Source of the DNA: Tubiluchus corallicola
Lineage: Eukaryota > Animalia > Priapulida
Reading direction: 5' to 3'
Length of the DNA: 57,471 nt
Assembly (NCBI GenBank): GCA_030141605.1
Contig: JAQGDQ010001174.1
Span: forward strand, 1 to 57,471
Part shown: positions 26,801 through 41,800 of the stretch, piece after piece
Layout: every line of letters starts with the position of its first letter
Numbering within the stretch: position 1 is the first letter of the stretch
Program-made: the position numbers and the translations under genes
Notes under the pieces: generated by a model
What the model was told of the DNA's origin: nothing
Databases searched by the model: none
The model's input: the letters and a program-made list of their open reading frames with translations, nothing else

Positions 26801-29800
26801 TGCCCTTAAAAAGGTTTTGTTGTATAAATTCATGCCTATTATAATTTATTTTCTAATGCAAAGTCATTTACCATCGTAATAACATATTTGCATACATTAC
26901 CGAGCCCACAGTAGGACTCAAATTAACTGGCAGTTTTTGCAGCTGTCTTGCGTTTCATTATTCAGTGTATGCACATCTTTGTTGTAGTGTTTCACTAAAC
27001 TGGTGAGATTTTGTCGGTCAACATCACAATCTTAATGTGAAACTTTTTATGAGATAAGCAATACTGTTATGATTTTGCAGTAAATGACTAGAGACTGGAA
27101 TTTTAGTGAAAGTTTTAAAAAAGCTAGGTTGGATAATTGTATTGGTTAATGACAGCCTTGTTGTATGTGATGCTTTAGTTACGAGAAATTCCCCTTTTGT
27201 TTTCACTTTAAATCCTTGCACAGAATTGCCCCAGGTGGCTGTATCATTGTATGATGTCACAGGTCCACAGGGCAAGTACTGAATATATTCTATAAGGCAT
27301 CAAATCAGTACAACATGTTGCATAGATTATAATTATCGACTTCTAATAATTCGAAATGTTTGACACAATTAAGTTTTGTTTCCTATCAGATGTGTAAAAG
27401 TTTTAGAAAACTTACCTACTTAGCAGTGTTTTGTAAAAAAAAACTATTGAAATATGTTGCTTTACTTGGTTGTGTGACATGACTGTCATAGGTGACACGA
27501 TTTAGTCATCCATGAGATCCACCAGCATTTTACTATAATGAACCAAGCAGAAGAACATACTATCTTTAAGAAATATGTCAAAGTTTGGTATGACTATTGA
27601 AATATAAATTGGTATTCAGAAAAATCTTAAATGTTAGAACTTCATTCACATAAAATTAAATTAAGGTAATGTGTGGTTTCTGCAACTTGTAATTGCTTCA
27701 CTTTTTGTTTTTTTGAATTCAATTCATGTTTGTTATTTTATTTTTTTAACTTTGTGCTGTAAGAAAATGTTGTGATTGTGTTTTCTTTATTAGGTTTGTT
27801 TTTGTTAATTATAGAATTGGCGATATTCGTGATTCTGTGCACTATGTGACTCAATATCATACTCAACTTCCTGCTGAGTACATGTGGCTGAAGGATACTC
27901 AGATAAGAGTCAAATCTCTGAAAGCTGTTATTGAGGAAGATGATTACCAGGTTGAAGCGCAGCTTAATGAAGCACTGGTGATTTTTAATGTTGTTTCGAC
28001 ATCAGACTTTTTGTTCATTTTGTTACGTTATTATTCAGTTTAATGGTATCACGCAATACGTATTGCCATTCTACAGCGAATTTTTTCTTTTGCCAAGAAG
28101 TTTGCACTTTGACATGGTGGCTGTGATGAGCAATATTTTAAATTAAGGCATAAAATTTTAATTGAATAAAGTATTAAGTTTTTGTACTAAACCTTTTCTT
28201 TTTTTCGAGCAATAACTACATGCATTTTGATGTTTTTATTTGTTAAAGTTTGTCATTGCTCTAGTTTTTGACTTAATGCGTAATTAATTATTATCCTAAC
28301 TGAACCTGTAAGTATTGATTTTGCTTATATAGTCCTGGAGCCAGATCTGGCATGGATACCACTTGTGGGACAAAATATTTTCTTCGAAAATGGTTTTTCT
28401 TTTTTTTCTGAAAATGGCGGCATGCACATAGATAATAGAGAAAGTAATATACGGACTTGCATAAAAAAATAATTTCAAATTTGTGACACATTTTTACTTT
28501 TTCTCAGGATATTTATAATGACATGGTAGAGAGGAAACCATTAATAGAATCATTGAACTCGACTGGCAGGGAATTGATGATAAAAGCACAGGTTTGTTGT
28601 GACATTTTTTGACATCATATGGTTCAGTGTAGCATTTTACAATGAATTTTTGCTCTTTAAACTTATAGCAAGTTATTTTGAGTGAAACTGTTATAGTACA
28701 AATGATTTTAGTGTGGTGATTAATAAATTTTACAGTTGGCTCAAGGTAAGTTGAGTACAAAGGGTTTGAGGTTTTCCTTGCATTTTTCTTCAGGAATAAG
28801 GCAAATTGTTTTTGAAACTTTTTCTCGAAAAAGATGCTCTGCATTGCCATTCAATTTTCTGAGTTGGTGCTATAGTAGAAAATTAAATTGTAGCTGCAGA
28901 GAATGCAAAAAATGGGAAACAGTTTCCCACGAGGAGGAGGAGTAAATATACTTCTTAAATGTAAATGCCAAGATGATGCTATTACACAGTATGTTGTTGA
29001 AAGATTACACTGTTATTGACCATTTTTGTACAAATAAAGTAAGAATTTAGAATGTTTCAACCGACACATTACACTTAATTACGTGGTTGGCAACAAAATG
29101 ACATAAAAGGAAAAATAAAGCATAGTTAAATTGTGCTCAGGAACTTATCTTTACAAGATTGCTAAATTGTGTTATTTGATGCTGTTGATTTTGATACACC
29201 AACTTTATATCATATGAATTCACATTAATGGTATGTAATTCAAACTATAGAGCATGTTGGTTAGATGTAGAAAAGTAGAAAGCATCTACAGACTGGGGAG
29301 TGACAGTCTGTAGCTCTTACACTACTGTGTGTTGCTTCAGTCATTTAGGGAAACTACGCAAAAGACCTACTTAAACTATTTAAATGTTTTTTATTATTAA
29401 CTTATTAATAAACTACAAAACATACTAAAAATGAGTTAAACATAAAAGTGCAGACTGTTTCTTGATAAGTACTGTATAACCTTCTCTCTGAATACGAGAT
29501 TAGGAAACAGTATAGTGTAAACGTTAACGTTGTTTTCTGGGTTTTATGGGATTCACTGGGTTTCTGAAAGTAGCTGTACTAAAGAATTTTATAACGTTAT
29601 GTAGCGACAAGTAATAATGTAATCATTATTTTTGGGCAGGCTATTGAGTCTAAGCAGCAGTCGTATGTCGACTGGTTGAAAATCAACGTCCCATCTGCTG
29701 AAAGTTTACGTCATACTATGAAGCCTTTATCAGTTGCAAAGAATCTTAGTAATGACATGGATTCCGTTAATCTACAGTATCAGACGTTAATGATTTACAT

Positions 29801-32800
29801 CACAGAGCAAATTAACAGCTTGTCCGGAAAACATTCTCTGCTGACTGGATGTAAGGTATGATGCATGTCAACTCAGCGTGATTAGTGCCTTCAAGGACAA
29901 AATGCCAAGTGCTCCTATTTTTCTTGATTGGAGATTATATGTATTGAAAGAATATCCACTAGTGCTTTGCAAACCGATTTTGTGTGCTTCACAAATGCAT
30001 TTTCTATTTTTGTCAAAGAAATACACTACTTTAGTGTAAAAGCAAGCTAATTTTCGTGACCATGCGCAAAGTTATATTTTATAATTTTTCAGTTGGTCGA
30101 GTGCCTCTAAGATGTACATTATAATTAAAATAATACATACTATCCACGTCAGTTGTAACCTAAAACAGACATTTATGACTACGACTGTCATAGATAGTAT
30201 ATTATTTTAAATAAATATATTTTGTGTTTATCTCTCTGCATTACAGAATATTTCCAGTTTATTGAAATTTACACTTAACACTGATTGACATGTTAGCAAT
30301 GGCTGTTTGCCAGACTACTGCAAATTTACTGTAGACTATTATAAAAACTTGTACATCACATCGTAAGCTAATGTCCAGTTTTACAACCTTCAGCCTGTCA
30401 GAGTTTATCCAGTAAAGCTGAAAACATTCCGCACCACGCAGCACGACGATGACGAGCCCATGGAGCCGCATGATATCGTGTCACAGATAACTTTAGGTAA
30501 TGCCTTGGGTAGTAGTTTCATGAGTTATTTAAAATGTGGTTTAGTGTATTTCCACATAGATAGTATTTGCCCAAATTGTGACTATGTTTGTAATCATGAA
30601 CTATGAACTATTTTTATGACCTACGAATTTTATTTCACACATCAAAAAATACAATATCAAACACATCAATAAAATTAAAATAAAATAATTTGAGCAGTGC
30701 AAGGTGAATGTATGACCATACAGTCATTAACACACTCACCTTACTTAAATGAAAAAATGATTATAATTGTGCATGCTTCTGTAGATTAATAATATACATA
30801 AGGATGATGCAAATAATGTAATAATAGCAATGGTATAAGAGCAATAAAACTGAAAGTTTTATTAAACATAATACGTAATTACGACTTTGAGTGAACCCTA
30901 GAGAGTGAAAAATTTTAAGTAGTTACAAATTTGAAATATCTGATTATCTGTCAACGTAGTAATAAGTATATATTTGTATCATAATGTACATTGTTAATTG
31001 CACAGATGAGTACCATAATGATCTTTTAAAGCTGTCAGTAAGTAAGGGGGAACTTTATATTCTAAATCGATATTTACATTGTAGATATGTATTCGTACAC
31101 ACATACACGTGTACATATATTTATATACATATACATATATATAAACCCATATTCATACATATATATTATATACACATACACTCACGCAGACATGCATATA
31201 AACACATCCACACACACACGCATGCACACATACACATATGTATGCATGCATGCACGCTTACATATTACTTACTTGTATATACAATTATATACATATACAC
31301 ACATATGTACCCATATATAAGTGGGGGAGAAGATATTGAATTATATACTTGTAGTTGTAGCAATAACTATAATTGTATATTACATTTAAATGTAACTGGT
31401 AGTAATAATGTAGCCATCATAACCATTAAACATAGGCTATGGGGGGGGGGGGGTAAATTGTATGAATATAAGTGATTCTTTGGCAAAATTAATGCTATAA
31501 TAATACATTCAAAATTTTTTGTATCATGTTGTATCATGAAATTAATGTTGATTATATGTGGGCGAAGAGAGCGTATATTATTATATTTAAGTCGTTATAA
31601 CCAAATTATTTTAATAAATATAGGCTATTAGGAACAATTGTAACAGCAATCGCAATACCATAATATGCATATAATATTATGAATAATGAAGGGAGAGGGT
31701 ATTCATTGGCAAAGAGTGATTCTTAATCAAATGTAAAGCTAAAATAGTATATTCGATTGTACTATGTGAAAGATAATTTTTTTACTCATATAAATTAATT
31801 GGTCAACTAATCAAGCAAATACTCTGCTAAGCTAAGAGCATTCAAGGGCTTGTTTTCCAAGTGGAAACAGATACAATTATAGGCTGCGATGAATGAATAA
31901 TTTCATTTTAGTGATTTATACCCTTTATTAATAAAAGTAACAAAAGTCATAAAGATACATATTAGTAAAAAAAACACAAGTGCAAAAAGACACACGTGCT
32001 CAAAAAAGAAAAAAACATCTGATCTTCTATGCCAATGAATGTTTACTAATTAAAAATATCTTGTATTGCTTGGTAGCTATTTTTGAAGAAGGAGAAGCAA
32101 TTATTGTCTTAGGCACACTATTACCACAAAATAAGTCCATTGTGCTATAAGGTATTTAAGCCATATGCTGTGTTAAATCGTGTTTGAAAATACCTACTGG
32201 AAGACCCCAGTGTCTCCTACTGGAAGACCTAGTATATTGGTAGTGAACATCTTTGATTAAGGTAAAGTAGTTAGGTAAAGTAGTTAAGGTATATATTTCA
32301 CGCAATTGCCAGTTATTAAACTTATAAATGAATTTAAATAATTCAAGATTAAAAATATCTTCTATTTTTAATAAAAAAAAAGTGTTGTTGCATGGTCTCT
32401 GTAATTGGCAAAAGTCGTGTTTTTAACTATTTAATTCTGTACTGTTAATAGTGGTTGTAATAAGTATTTTTTTGTTTGCCACCAAGGCAACACACAGTAT
32501 TGGAGATACAGATAAACTAATGCATGGTAGATCATTTTCAAAATAGGCAAATTAATAAAATGTCTTAACTTTGCAAAAATACCCACTTGTTGCTATAGAG
32601 AAAATGTGGGTAGACCACTTCATATCATTAACAATATGCAACCCAAGGTGTTTTATACTACTACTTAGTCCATTTGAGGTTAAAGTTATATCGCCAATTT
32701 TGAGTTCAAAAGTGGAAGAATCCTGTTGTGAAAGGTTCCTACTGATTAACGTATACTTAGTTTTAGTGTAATTAACAGTTAATTTATTCGCCTTCATCCA

Positions 32801-35800
32801 GCCATCGATCTTTTTTAGTTCATTGTTAGTGCGATGTTGTAAAGTTAAATAGTTAGTAGATGTGAGGAAGAGACGTGTCATCAGCGAAAAAACAAGTATT
32901 AAAATCAGTAGCAAGATTCAGGTCAGTCATTGATATAGATTAGGGAAAGCAGCGGCCAAGAGTAGATCCTTGAGGAAAAACAAATCAGAAAAGTTTTGGA
33001 TCATTCTAAGTTTTTTAATACATACCTTTATGATTGTCTAGCATCATGCATTCCTTGGAAAACCATTTTGCAGAAACAAAACAAAAAATGCATTTGACTA
33101 AGCTGCATTTGTGTCCCCAATAATTTACATAAAAGACTTTTAATGTTGGTCATCTTTTTCAGATGTTGCAACACCGGTTTCTGTCGAAGATGTCACTGAT
33201 AGTGCTAGTCATCATTTAGAACTAGTACAACACACTGCATCATTACATATGGATGTAGACAATGTCGAAGAACCTCCCACATCTCCTGATATTTACAGGT
33301 CTACTTTGATCATTCACATTGTTGGCATAAAGCATCCATATGCAAACAAAGTCTACTCGCTCACAGATGCATTTCGGATCCGGCTTATCGACAAAAAGAC
33401 TGGATATTTTATTGATCCAAGAACTTACCAGTCAATTCCATTGGAAAAGAGTCTTTCTCGCGGTCATTTAGATAATTCGCTGTATGAGAAGCTTATGACT
33501 CACTATGGGATATATGACATCTTTTCTGGTCTGTCAATTTCGTTACTAGAAGCCATCACAAGTGGGCAGTATGACACCGATAGGGGAATGTTTTCTGACC
33601 CACAATCTGGCGAGCTTCTGACTCCCAATGAAGCTGTTGCTGCTGGTATGACCCCGGCTAGTAATATTCCCTACTTGGTTGCCAGCGGGGTCATTGAACC
33701 CGTAGGAATGACTTTGCAAGAAGCCATTAAATCTAAGGCACTGAACGTTTACACAGGAGAATTCAGCAGCCCTCAAACTGGAACCACTCTGCCTCTCACT
33801 GATGCATTACAAAGGAAGTTTGTCACTTTATTATATCACCATCCAAATTTTGTGGGTGAATGCCTTGCTGACGCATTATCAAACCGGCATATTGTAGAAA
33901 GTACGGGTGAATACATAAACAAAGATGGCCGCTACCACTATGAGCAAGCAGTTCGAAGAGGTTTGTTGAATCCTCACACTAGGGAAATCGTGTGCGGTGC
34001 CACTTCTTATAAACTGACAACCAAAGATGCCATCACTGATGGCATGGTCAACATTCGAACAAACACATTTTGCGAAAAATATTCTCAAGAAATGAGTCTT
34101 TACCAGGCCAAAGATAGACAGCGTATTGTTAAGCCATATACTCTAGTGGAGGGTTACCGGAACAATCTAATCGACGAAAGCCGAGGTTTATTTATAGATC
34201 AGCACACCAATGAAAAGGTGCAGCTGTTAGAAGCGGCTGCTCGTGGCTTACTAGATGTAGATGCTAAATGTATCGTAAACACTAATACTGGGGACATATT
34301 GTCTGTGAATGAGGCACTAATAAAGGGTCTAATTAACAGTTTCTGTAGAATATCTGATGCAAAAACAAACGATACTATGCGACTAAGTGAAGCCATTAAG
34401 AAGAATGTTCTTGTTGAAACAAAATGGTGCTTATTATTTAATGTTGATGCTATAAGTGATACAGCTGCAAATGCAAGATGTTCATTTAATGACGCTGTTT
34501 CAAAAGATATAGTTCAGTTAACTTCTGGGATATTTGTAGATACGTTAAATCAAATGCCTTTGACACTTGCAGAGGCTGGTGCTAGGGAAATTATTACCCC
34601 ACAATTAGTAGACTGTTTGTCAAGCCAGTCGGGTATGCAGGACAGCAGAGGAAAGTATCTCAGCATCTTTGAAGCAATAATTTTTGGTTTCATAGATCCT
34701 TGTGTGGGTACCATCAGGGATATTCATAGTGGAGAATATGTAGAACCTACTGCTGCTGCTGAAGTTGGCATTTTATCCGAAGAAGATGCTATCGAATTAA
34801 TCAAAAGCATTTACATTGCTGTGCCAATTACTGAAAGTATAGAGAAAACTGCAATGGTAGTTAATGGGGAAATACATGTAGCAGAAGCAGATCTAGATTT
34901 TGCCATTACAAAGCCATTGACCAGGAATGATATTATTAGATATGTTACAGAATTAGAGATTCCGAGAGGTGGCTTGCCTTTAGAAGTTGCCATCAGCACA
35001 AATGTGCTAAGTGACACAACTGGTTACTTGACTGTACCTTCTGATAACTACAAGATGCCACTGGCTGATGCTGTTAAACATGAGTTTGTTGATGGGAAAT
35101 CTGCTCTTGTATACAGTCCAAAAGGTAAAAAAGTTAAACTTAGTAAAGCTTTGAAAAGTAAGCTTCTCGATGCCAGAGGGCGGTACACAGATGCAAACAC
35201 CGGAGAAAGGTATAACTTGAAGAAGGCAATCGAAAAAGAAATTGTTACCTTTCAACCTCGACTGATGATTGACGAAGCCAAAAAACCTTTTTACGAAGTT
35301 GAGGACACTCGAGATGCGCTTGATCAAATTGCGACCTCAAAGTTGCTTGTAAGTGCTATGTCAGCCAGCAAAAGTGACCCAGATACCACACAAGAAAGGA
35401 AGGTTAAAGCTATCAAGGATCAACATCCTAAACAAGCTGGTCTAGAAGGTAGCGGTAGACTGAAGATTGACATGGCTACCGGTAATGTGCTAGACACGAA
35501 GACAGGTGAAGAGATGACGCTTGGACAGGCAATTGAGAATGAGTTAGTAAGCAAGCCTAACACATTTTTGCAAAATCCATCGACTGGTGATATACTGTCA
35601 TTGTCTGAAGCACTGGAACAATATATTTTAGATGATACAAGTTGGGAACTAGTCAATACTAACACTTACGAGCGTACGCCGCTTTCTTTGGCTGTATGTC
35701 AAGGTTTGATCACTAAAGTTGCATTCGTCATTAAACCGTCTGTTGAGGTGGTAGGGTCTGATCGAGCTCTAGATGCAGTTAAAGTAGACATTACTGTAGG

Positions 35801-38800
35801 TACAATGGCAGATCCAAAGACTGGACGTAGGATTACCTTGGAGCAAGGAATTAGCAAAGGGTACATTGACCAGCAAGGTACATTGATATGCAATCCTGCT
35901 ACCAATAATATCATGCCTCTTTCTGAAGCAGTTACGATGGACATAGTTCATCCAAGCTCCTGGGAAATTCACAACGTCGATACTCATGAGTACATTTCGT
36001 TTTCACACGGTGTTAAAATTGGACACGTACCGAGATTATATGTTGATGACACGGCTTTGCCATCAGCTTACGTTTCTGTGCAGAAAATAGAAAATTACAG
36101 GGTAGATCCATACAAAGAAGTGATAATGGATGTCAATACTGGGGAATCTTTGTCATTTACTGCGGCTTCATTCAAAGGTTTGCTAAGTATTCCTTTATCA
36201 TACGTTAAGGATCCTACAACTGGAAGCGAGCTTACAATTAAAGAAGCTTTAAACGAAGACGTTCTTACTTCTGATACATTTGAGTGCAAAAACTCTAGAA
36301 CAGGTGACGTTCTGACTCTTCAGCAGGTGTTGACAAAGGCTGTTATAATTGCTCAGCCAGATAATTTAAGTGCTTTTGACAATATGTATAAATTAGATCC
36401 TCATGCAGGAACTATCACAAATACGTGGAGTGGGGATTGTATGTATTTAGAGGAAGCTGCCCGAAAAGGCTTTTTGTGCCCACAAACAACAATGATTACA
36501 GACCCATCGTCAGGAATAGAAACATCTCTGCAGAATGGTATAAAACAAGGCATTGTAGATCCAAAAACATTTCAGATTATCAACACAATTTCAGGGGAAT
36601 ACACTTCGCTGTCAGACGGCATTAAGGCGGGACTATTTACAAAGTTATCTTTCACAAAGGACGTAAAGACGAAGTCGGGCATTCAGCCAATGGAGGCATA
36701 TTATAACCTTGATACGACGATATCGAAAAATTTAACAATGGAGAAAGAGAGGCCAGTTCTGTTTGTAATTCAGAAACTGATTCCTACAAATGTGCTGAGC
36801 GTAGTGCCTGTTGTCGAAGAAACTGATAGTGCACCAAAGACAAAAACAATAGTAACTGAACAGTCCAGCTGGTATAATGCAAGACATGGATTCAAAGTGT
36901 TGCCATCTGGTGATGTGGTTAATGTGAACACCAATGAGGTGTTTAGTCTTCAGGAAGCCCTTGCGAGACGACTTGTCACCCCAATTCCTGCTGAACGAGC
37001 TCGTCAGAGTAGCATGGCAACTGAGCGCGCATCGGTCGTATATCAGAGTGAAGATAGGTTGGGCTACCGGCCAATGGAGGATATTGTTGAAATTCCTGAA
37101 AACGATTATGACGACGATGATAACGGCCAGCAGCATTACGATCAAACTGAGCTTATTCACAAAACCAAAACATACGAATATTCTTACGTGTCAGACATGG
37201 AAACCGATGTCATTGAAACAGCAGAAAGAGATGTGAGCTTGAGTTTACCAAGACCTTCTCTGGTTACTTCAGTCAGTCAAGCTGCACAGAAGGAGATCTA
37301 CTTCGACTGGAAAACCGGAATGATAAGCGATCCGGTCAAAGGCGAATTCGTTACCATTAGCGAAGCTGTTGACAGAAAGCTTATTAATCCTGCATTGTTT
37401 GAAATCACTGACCCTGTAAGTGGTCGAACAATGACAGTTATCAAAGCCATAGATAGCGGGCTTGTGGAACCTGGTAGCCTTCATGTACAGTCAGCCACAG
37501 CGGTCACTCAGCCAATTTCTTTTGAAGATGCCAAGCAGCTTATCATCAAGCATGGAAAACCGGTTACTCTGTATGATGCCATTTCTTTGGGACTTGTTAA
37601 CAATACTGACAACAAAGTTACGGACACAGCTAGGAGCGAATGTGTTACATTACTTGAAGCAATACGTCGCGGCATAATAGATGCTGATGCACCGACAATT
37701 CACGATCTGATGACTGGGGAAGTGTTGTCATTGTTTGAAGCCATTGAGCGCAATATTGTTTATCCAGAAGAAGGCCTTGTGCTGAATACCAAATCTGGCA
37801 TAAGACTGTCTTTAGTTACAGCTCTTCAAGAAGGTCTCATTATGCCCACTACTGCAAGTGTGGCTTTCCACGAGGGCATAACTCGAGGATTATTTGATGT
37901 CAATACTCTCATGTTCTTCTGTCCGAGCACGTATCAGTATGTGAAACTAGAAAAAGCACTTGAGGATGGTTTTCTGAATATGGATTCAGTTTTGGTTAAC
38001 GACGTGAAGGCTGACGCCTACATTACAGCAGAAGAAGCGCTAAATTCTGGTCTGCTAAATGTCGCAAACGGAGTGGTGACAAACACGTTAACAGGTCAGA
38101 CTGTGCCACTGAGTGAGGCCATCGAGCAGAATTTACTGATGCCAAATGCAAGGCGCTTGTCTCTGCATTATGCTGTTTCTGATGCCACAATTTTTGATGA
38201 GGATACCAACACTTTCTTTGACCCTAAGACAAAGAAGCGAGTCACACTTACTGAAGCAATAAATTCTGGTCTCGTTGATCCAAGCAAAGCAGCTATTAAG
38301 GATCCCAAAACAAAGAAAATGCTAACATTAACTCAGGCGGTAGAACAAAACCTGCTCGAGCCAGATGAAAATGTTTTCCTGGATCCAGTCACTGGCAAAA
38401 AGTTTCCACTGGATGAAGCTGTTTCCAGCGGATACATAGTGAAACCTCATCGAACGAAAGATGAGTACATTGTGCCTGGAGAAGTGGCTGTAAGGGATCC
38501 AGCCCAGCTCAGTAAAGCAACAACATTTGGAAGGCGAGCTATCAAGGTATTGCTTACATTTTTCATGCTGCAAGAAGTGCTTACATAAATAATATGTACC
38601 AGCAATAATAAAGTAGATTAAGATATTGATAAAGAATATAGAAAAATTGTAATGGAGTGGCTGTAATGTGTTGTCATTTTGATGTTTCTACAGGCTCTGA
38701 TAGAAAAGCGTGTTAAGGGGGCAGAAGCTCAGTCAGATAACCTGAACGAATGGCTTTGCAATGTGCAGCACAAACTTCTACGGTTTTATCCTAATCTTAC

Positions 38801-41800
38801 CAACCCTGACCAAGTGCAGAAGAAATTAGCAGAAATAAAAGTGAGTTTATTGCTATAATTTATTTCAAATGCATACAAACTAGATCCTTGTAAAATGAGG
38901 CAGTATTAACTGGTGCCTTATCAAGTGAAATAGTTAATGCTTTTCTAACATGATAGAGTTACTGTTGTGTTTTGTTTCTCTTGGAAGGCTCATAGAGAAA
39001 ACCAGAAAACACTTCATCAAATTAAACTAGTTTATTAAGCAAGAATTTTACAACACAAAAGTATGAAGGAACACGAAATGATTACACAAAACATGAAAAT
39101 CTGGAAAACGTTTGAGTGTATCTGAAAATACAGATATACAAGAGAATGTGTAAGTGGCGTCCGTGTGTGTCCCGCTCAGCGGCCTGCTTCGCCTTATATA
39201 GCGTGCCCGAGAAGCTTCTAGAACTTTTGTTCCAGAACATTCCACACGGTAAGACGATTATTCCAACGGAACAGCCTACAATGTTCTATGTAATTCTAAT
39301 AGATGCCAGCGATCTCCACAACAGTTAACATTGTGTTTAAATGTTTCAAATTGGTTTATTCGTTTGTCGTAGGAGCTACAGAAAGATGTTGACAATAATC
39401 AGGAGAAAATACTAAGTTGCGTTGGAAATTTGAAACACTTATCAAGCGAACATGATGTTTTATCTGATGTGAAAACAAAGAGTCTTTCTGAACAAGCCGA
39501 AAACATGCAATCTTTGTAAGTATTTGTAAAGAAAAAGCTACGAGGTTAAAAAATTCCATACTTTAAAGGGGGAGAAGCGCTAAAATGTCCCGAGGTTTCT
39601 AGAATACCTTTTCTTTATCAGCCAAAGCAGACAAAGCGTTATTGAAAAAGAGAAACGTTTTTATGTACAGAACACTGTACTTGCTTGCATTTTAGGCTAC
39701 TATAAATTAGAAAAACAATTAAATGCGATGCCGACACATATTTTACATATTTACGTACACAAATATGCAACAATGCAAACAATAGTCGGTGTAAACATCT
39801 GTGTAAACTAATCAAATAATCTATAAGTAAGCTGTATAGAACCGGGGTAATGTCTGTGATTTCTGTAACACAGCATCTACACAGTACCAAAGAGTTAGGA
39901 CGAGAAAAAGGCTTTTGTAACATCTGACATTCATATATGCCTAAAAATAGGTAAGTTACAAGGGTAAGATCACAAACGTCATAATCATTGCATTTACAAG
40001 GCCAGAACTGGTTTCTGTGTATGCATGTGGCTTCGGTAAGTGTTTGAAGTTCATTGCGACTGTTTTGCCACTGAAGTACATTGCGACTGAGAAGTCTGCA
40101 TAACCTGAATAGTATTAAAGTCCAAATCTTATAATTATATTTTAAAAAGCTAGTATTTATAAATTATGCATTTGACAGATCTATTGTTTGTTTAATGCTA
40201 ATTATCTGTTTATCGCAGGTTCTTGCAGGTTCAGTCGCAGTTATCCAACAGAGGCAAGCATCTTTCATCAGCTGTAGATGAAATGGAGAAACTTAACAGA
40301 GAAATAGATGACTTTGATGAATGGTTGAAAACTAGTCACGGCACACTGAGTGACTTTCAGTGTGGTTGGACTAACTTGGAAACATTACCTGATACAATTA
40401 GTGATCTCAAGGTGTGTTGATGACTTCCATTTATTGATTTGTTATTCTTGCTGTCTTGAGCATTCTTGACCATGTTAGCCAAGAGTTAACTTTTGATTTT
40501 CAAGAAACTGTTTAGTGCAAATGTATTAATAGGAAAGCAGTAGATTATTGTACAACTCTCAAGCCGCATTTACCAGACATCTGGAATGTGGTATGCGTAT
40601 TGCGTAGAAATAATTTTATATTGTTTTTAATGAACCCATTTGTCAGACCGTGTTATTCCCTCATTTTTTCTGTAGCATTCCTATTGAATTTTTTTAAATT
40701 TTTTATATGCTGCTGGATACACAGTATCCAGTATATACATACACAGATGGATACAATGGATAATGTATAATGCATTCTGGATGTCAGGATGTTTGGTAAA
40801 TGTCACATTAAACAGTTCTTATAATAATAAAATACAACAAATGAGTTTTTAGTGCACTCTAAGGAGTCAGCGTTAATGGTTTCATCCAGTCTTCACCAAA
40901 GTTGACAGCAGCAGTTTTTTATCATTGTTTAGAATGCAAGAAATACTTTGTCAGTTGTATGGCACATTTAGACTTCATACTTTTAAAACTGAGTATCTAA
41001 AATATTCTTTGCTGGTAAAATATACAAATATATATCTGTATGCACCTGTATAGTTAGAATGTTAGATTAATTCAGACCTAGATTAGTTTCGTTTCGGAGG
41101 CTACAGCTCATGGACTGCACCCTTCTCGACTATGCAGTATTTCAAACGAAGGTCATGATCTAGTTTCTTTACTGTTTCAGGAATTTTCAGAGGATGTGAT
41201 TTCACATCAAGCCGATTTGAGATTCTTATCACTTTCTTCAAATAGGCTGATTAAAGAAGCAGAGGTATGCAGAATGTGATTACACTTTATTGATTTTTTT
41301 AATGAAAACTTGTACTTAAATTAAGTTTTTTCACGTAGATGGCATAAGATTACTTAGTATGCAGCTTATATCAAGCACTTTTGTATTCATATTTGTTTGT
41401 CTAAAACATTGTAAAGAGGTGTAAGAAAATGATTGCCTTTTCGCATACGGAAGAACCTAAAAGAGTAGACAAAAACCAACAAAACAATGGCAAAGAGCAT
41501 TTAAGTTTGAATAAGGAACACTTGTCTTAATACTTTGTACTGCCGTTATTCGCAGCTTTATGGCCCGAGGGCATAAAGTGGACAAGGGCACAAGTAAATG
41601 GACAAGGGCAACATTGATTCACGTTGGTCTTTCAATGTGAATGATGTCACGACTCATTTCTTCAAGAATTCTGATGATTTTTGATTTCTGGCGAAAATAT
41701 TGATAAGAATTATCGAAACAGATTAAATAAGAAATAATACAATGATTAAAATATTAAGAAATTCATTTATTTCTGCACCCTGCAAAGCACATCATTTTGT

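Noticed and set aside
30984-31475. 163-aa His/Tyr/Ile-rich ORF
   Set aside because: Translation of a CA/TA microsatellite.
33546-38573. Many antisense and alternate-frame ORFs in the giant exon
   Set aside because: Short shadow ORFs of a long coding strand, with no recognisable domains.
33249-38588. 1779-aa ORF as a stand-alone gene (epiplakin-like)
   Set aside because: The frame is open back to a good acceptor at 33162 and has a donor at 38546; the phases fit the flanking spectraplakin exons.
41630-41680. C/D snoRNA-like boxes (atgatgt...ctga)
   Set aside because: Imperfect C box, spacing too short, no clear terminal stem.
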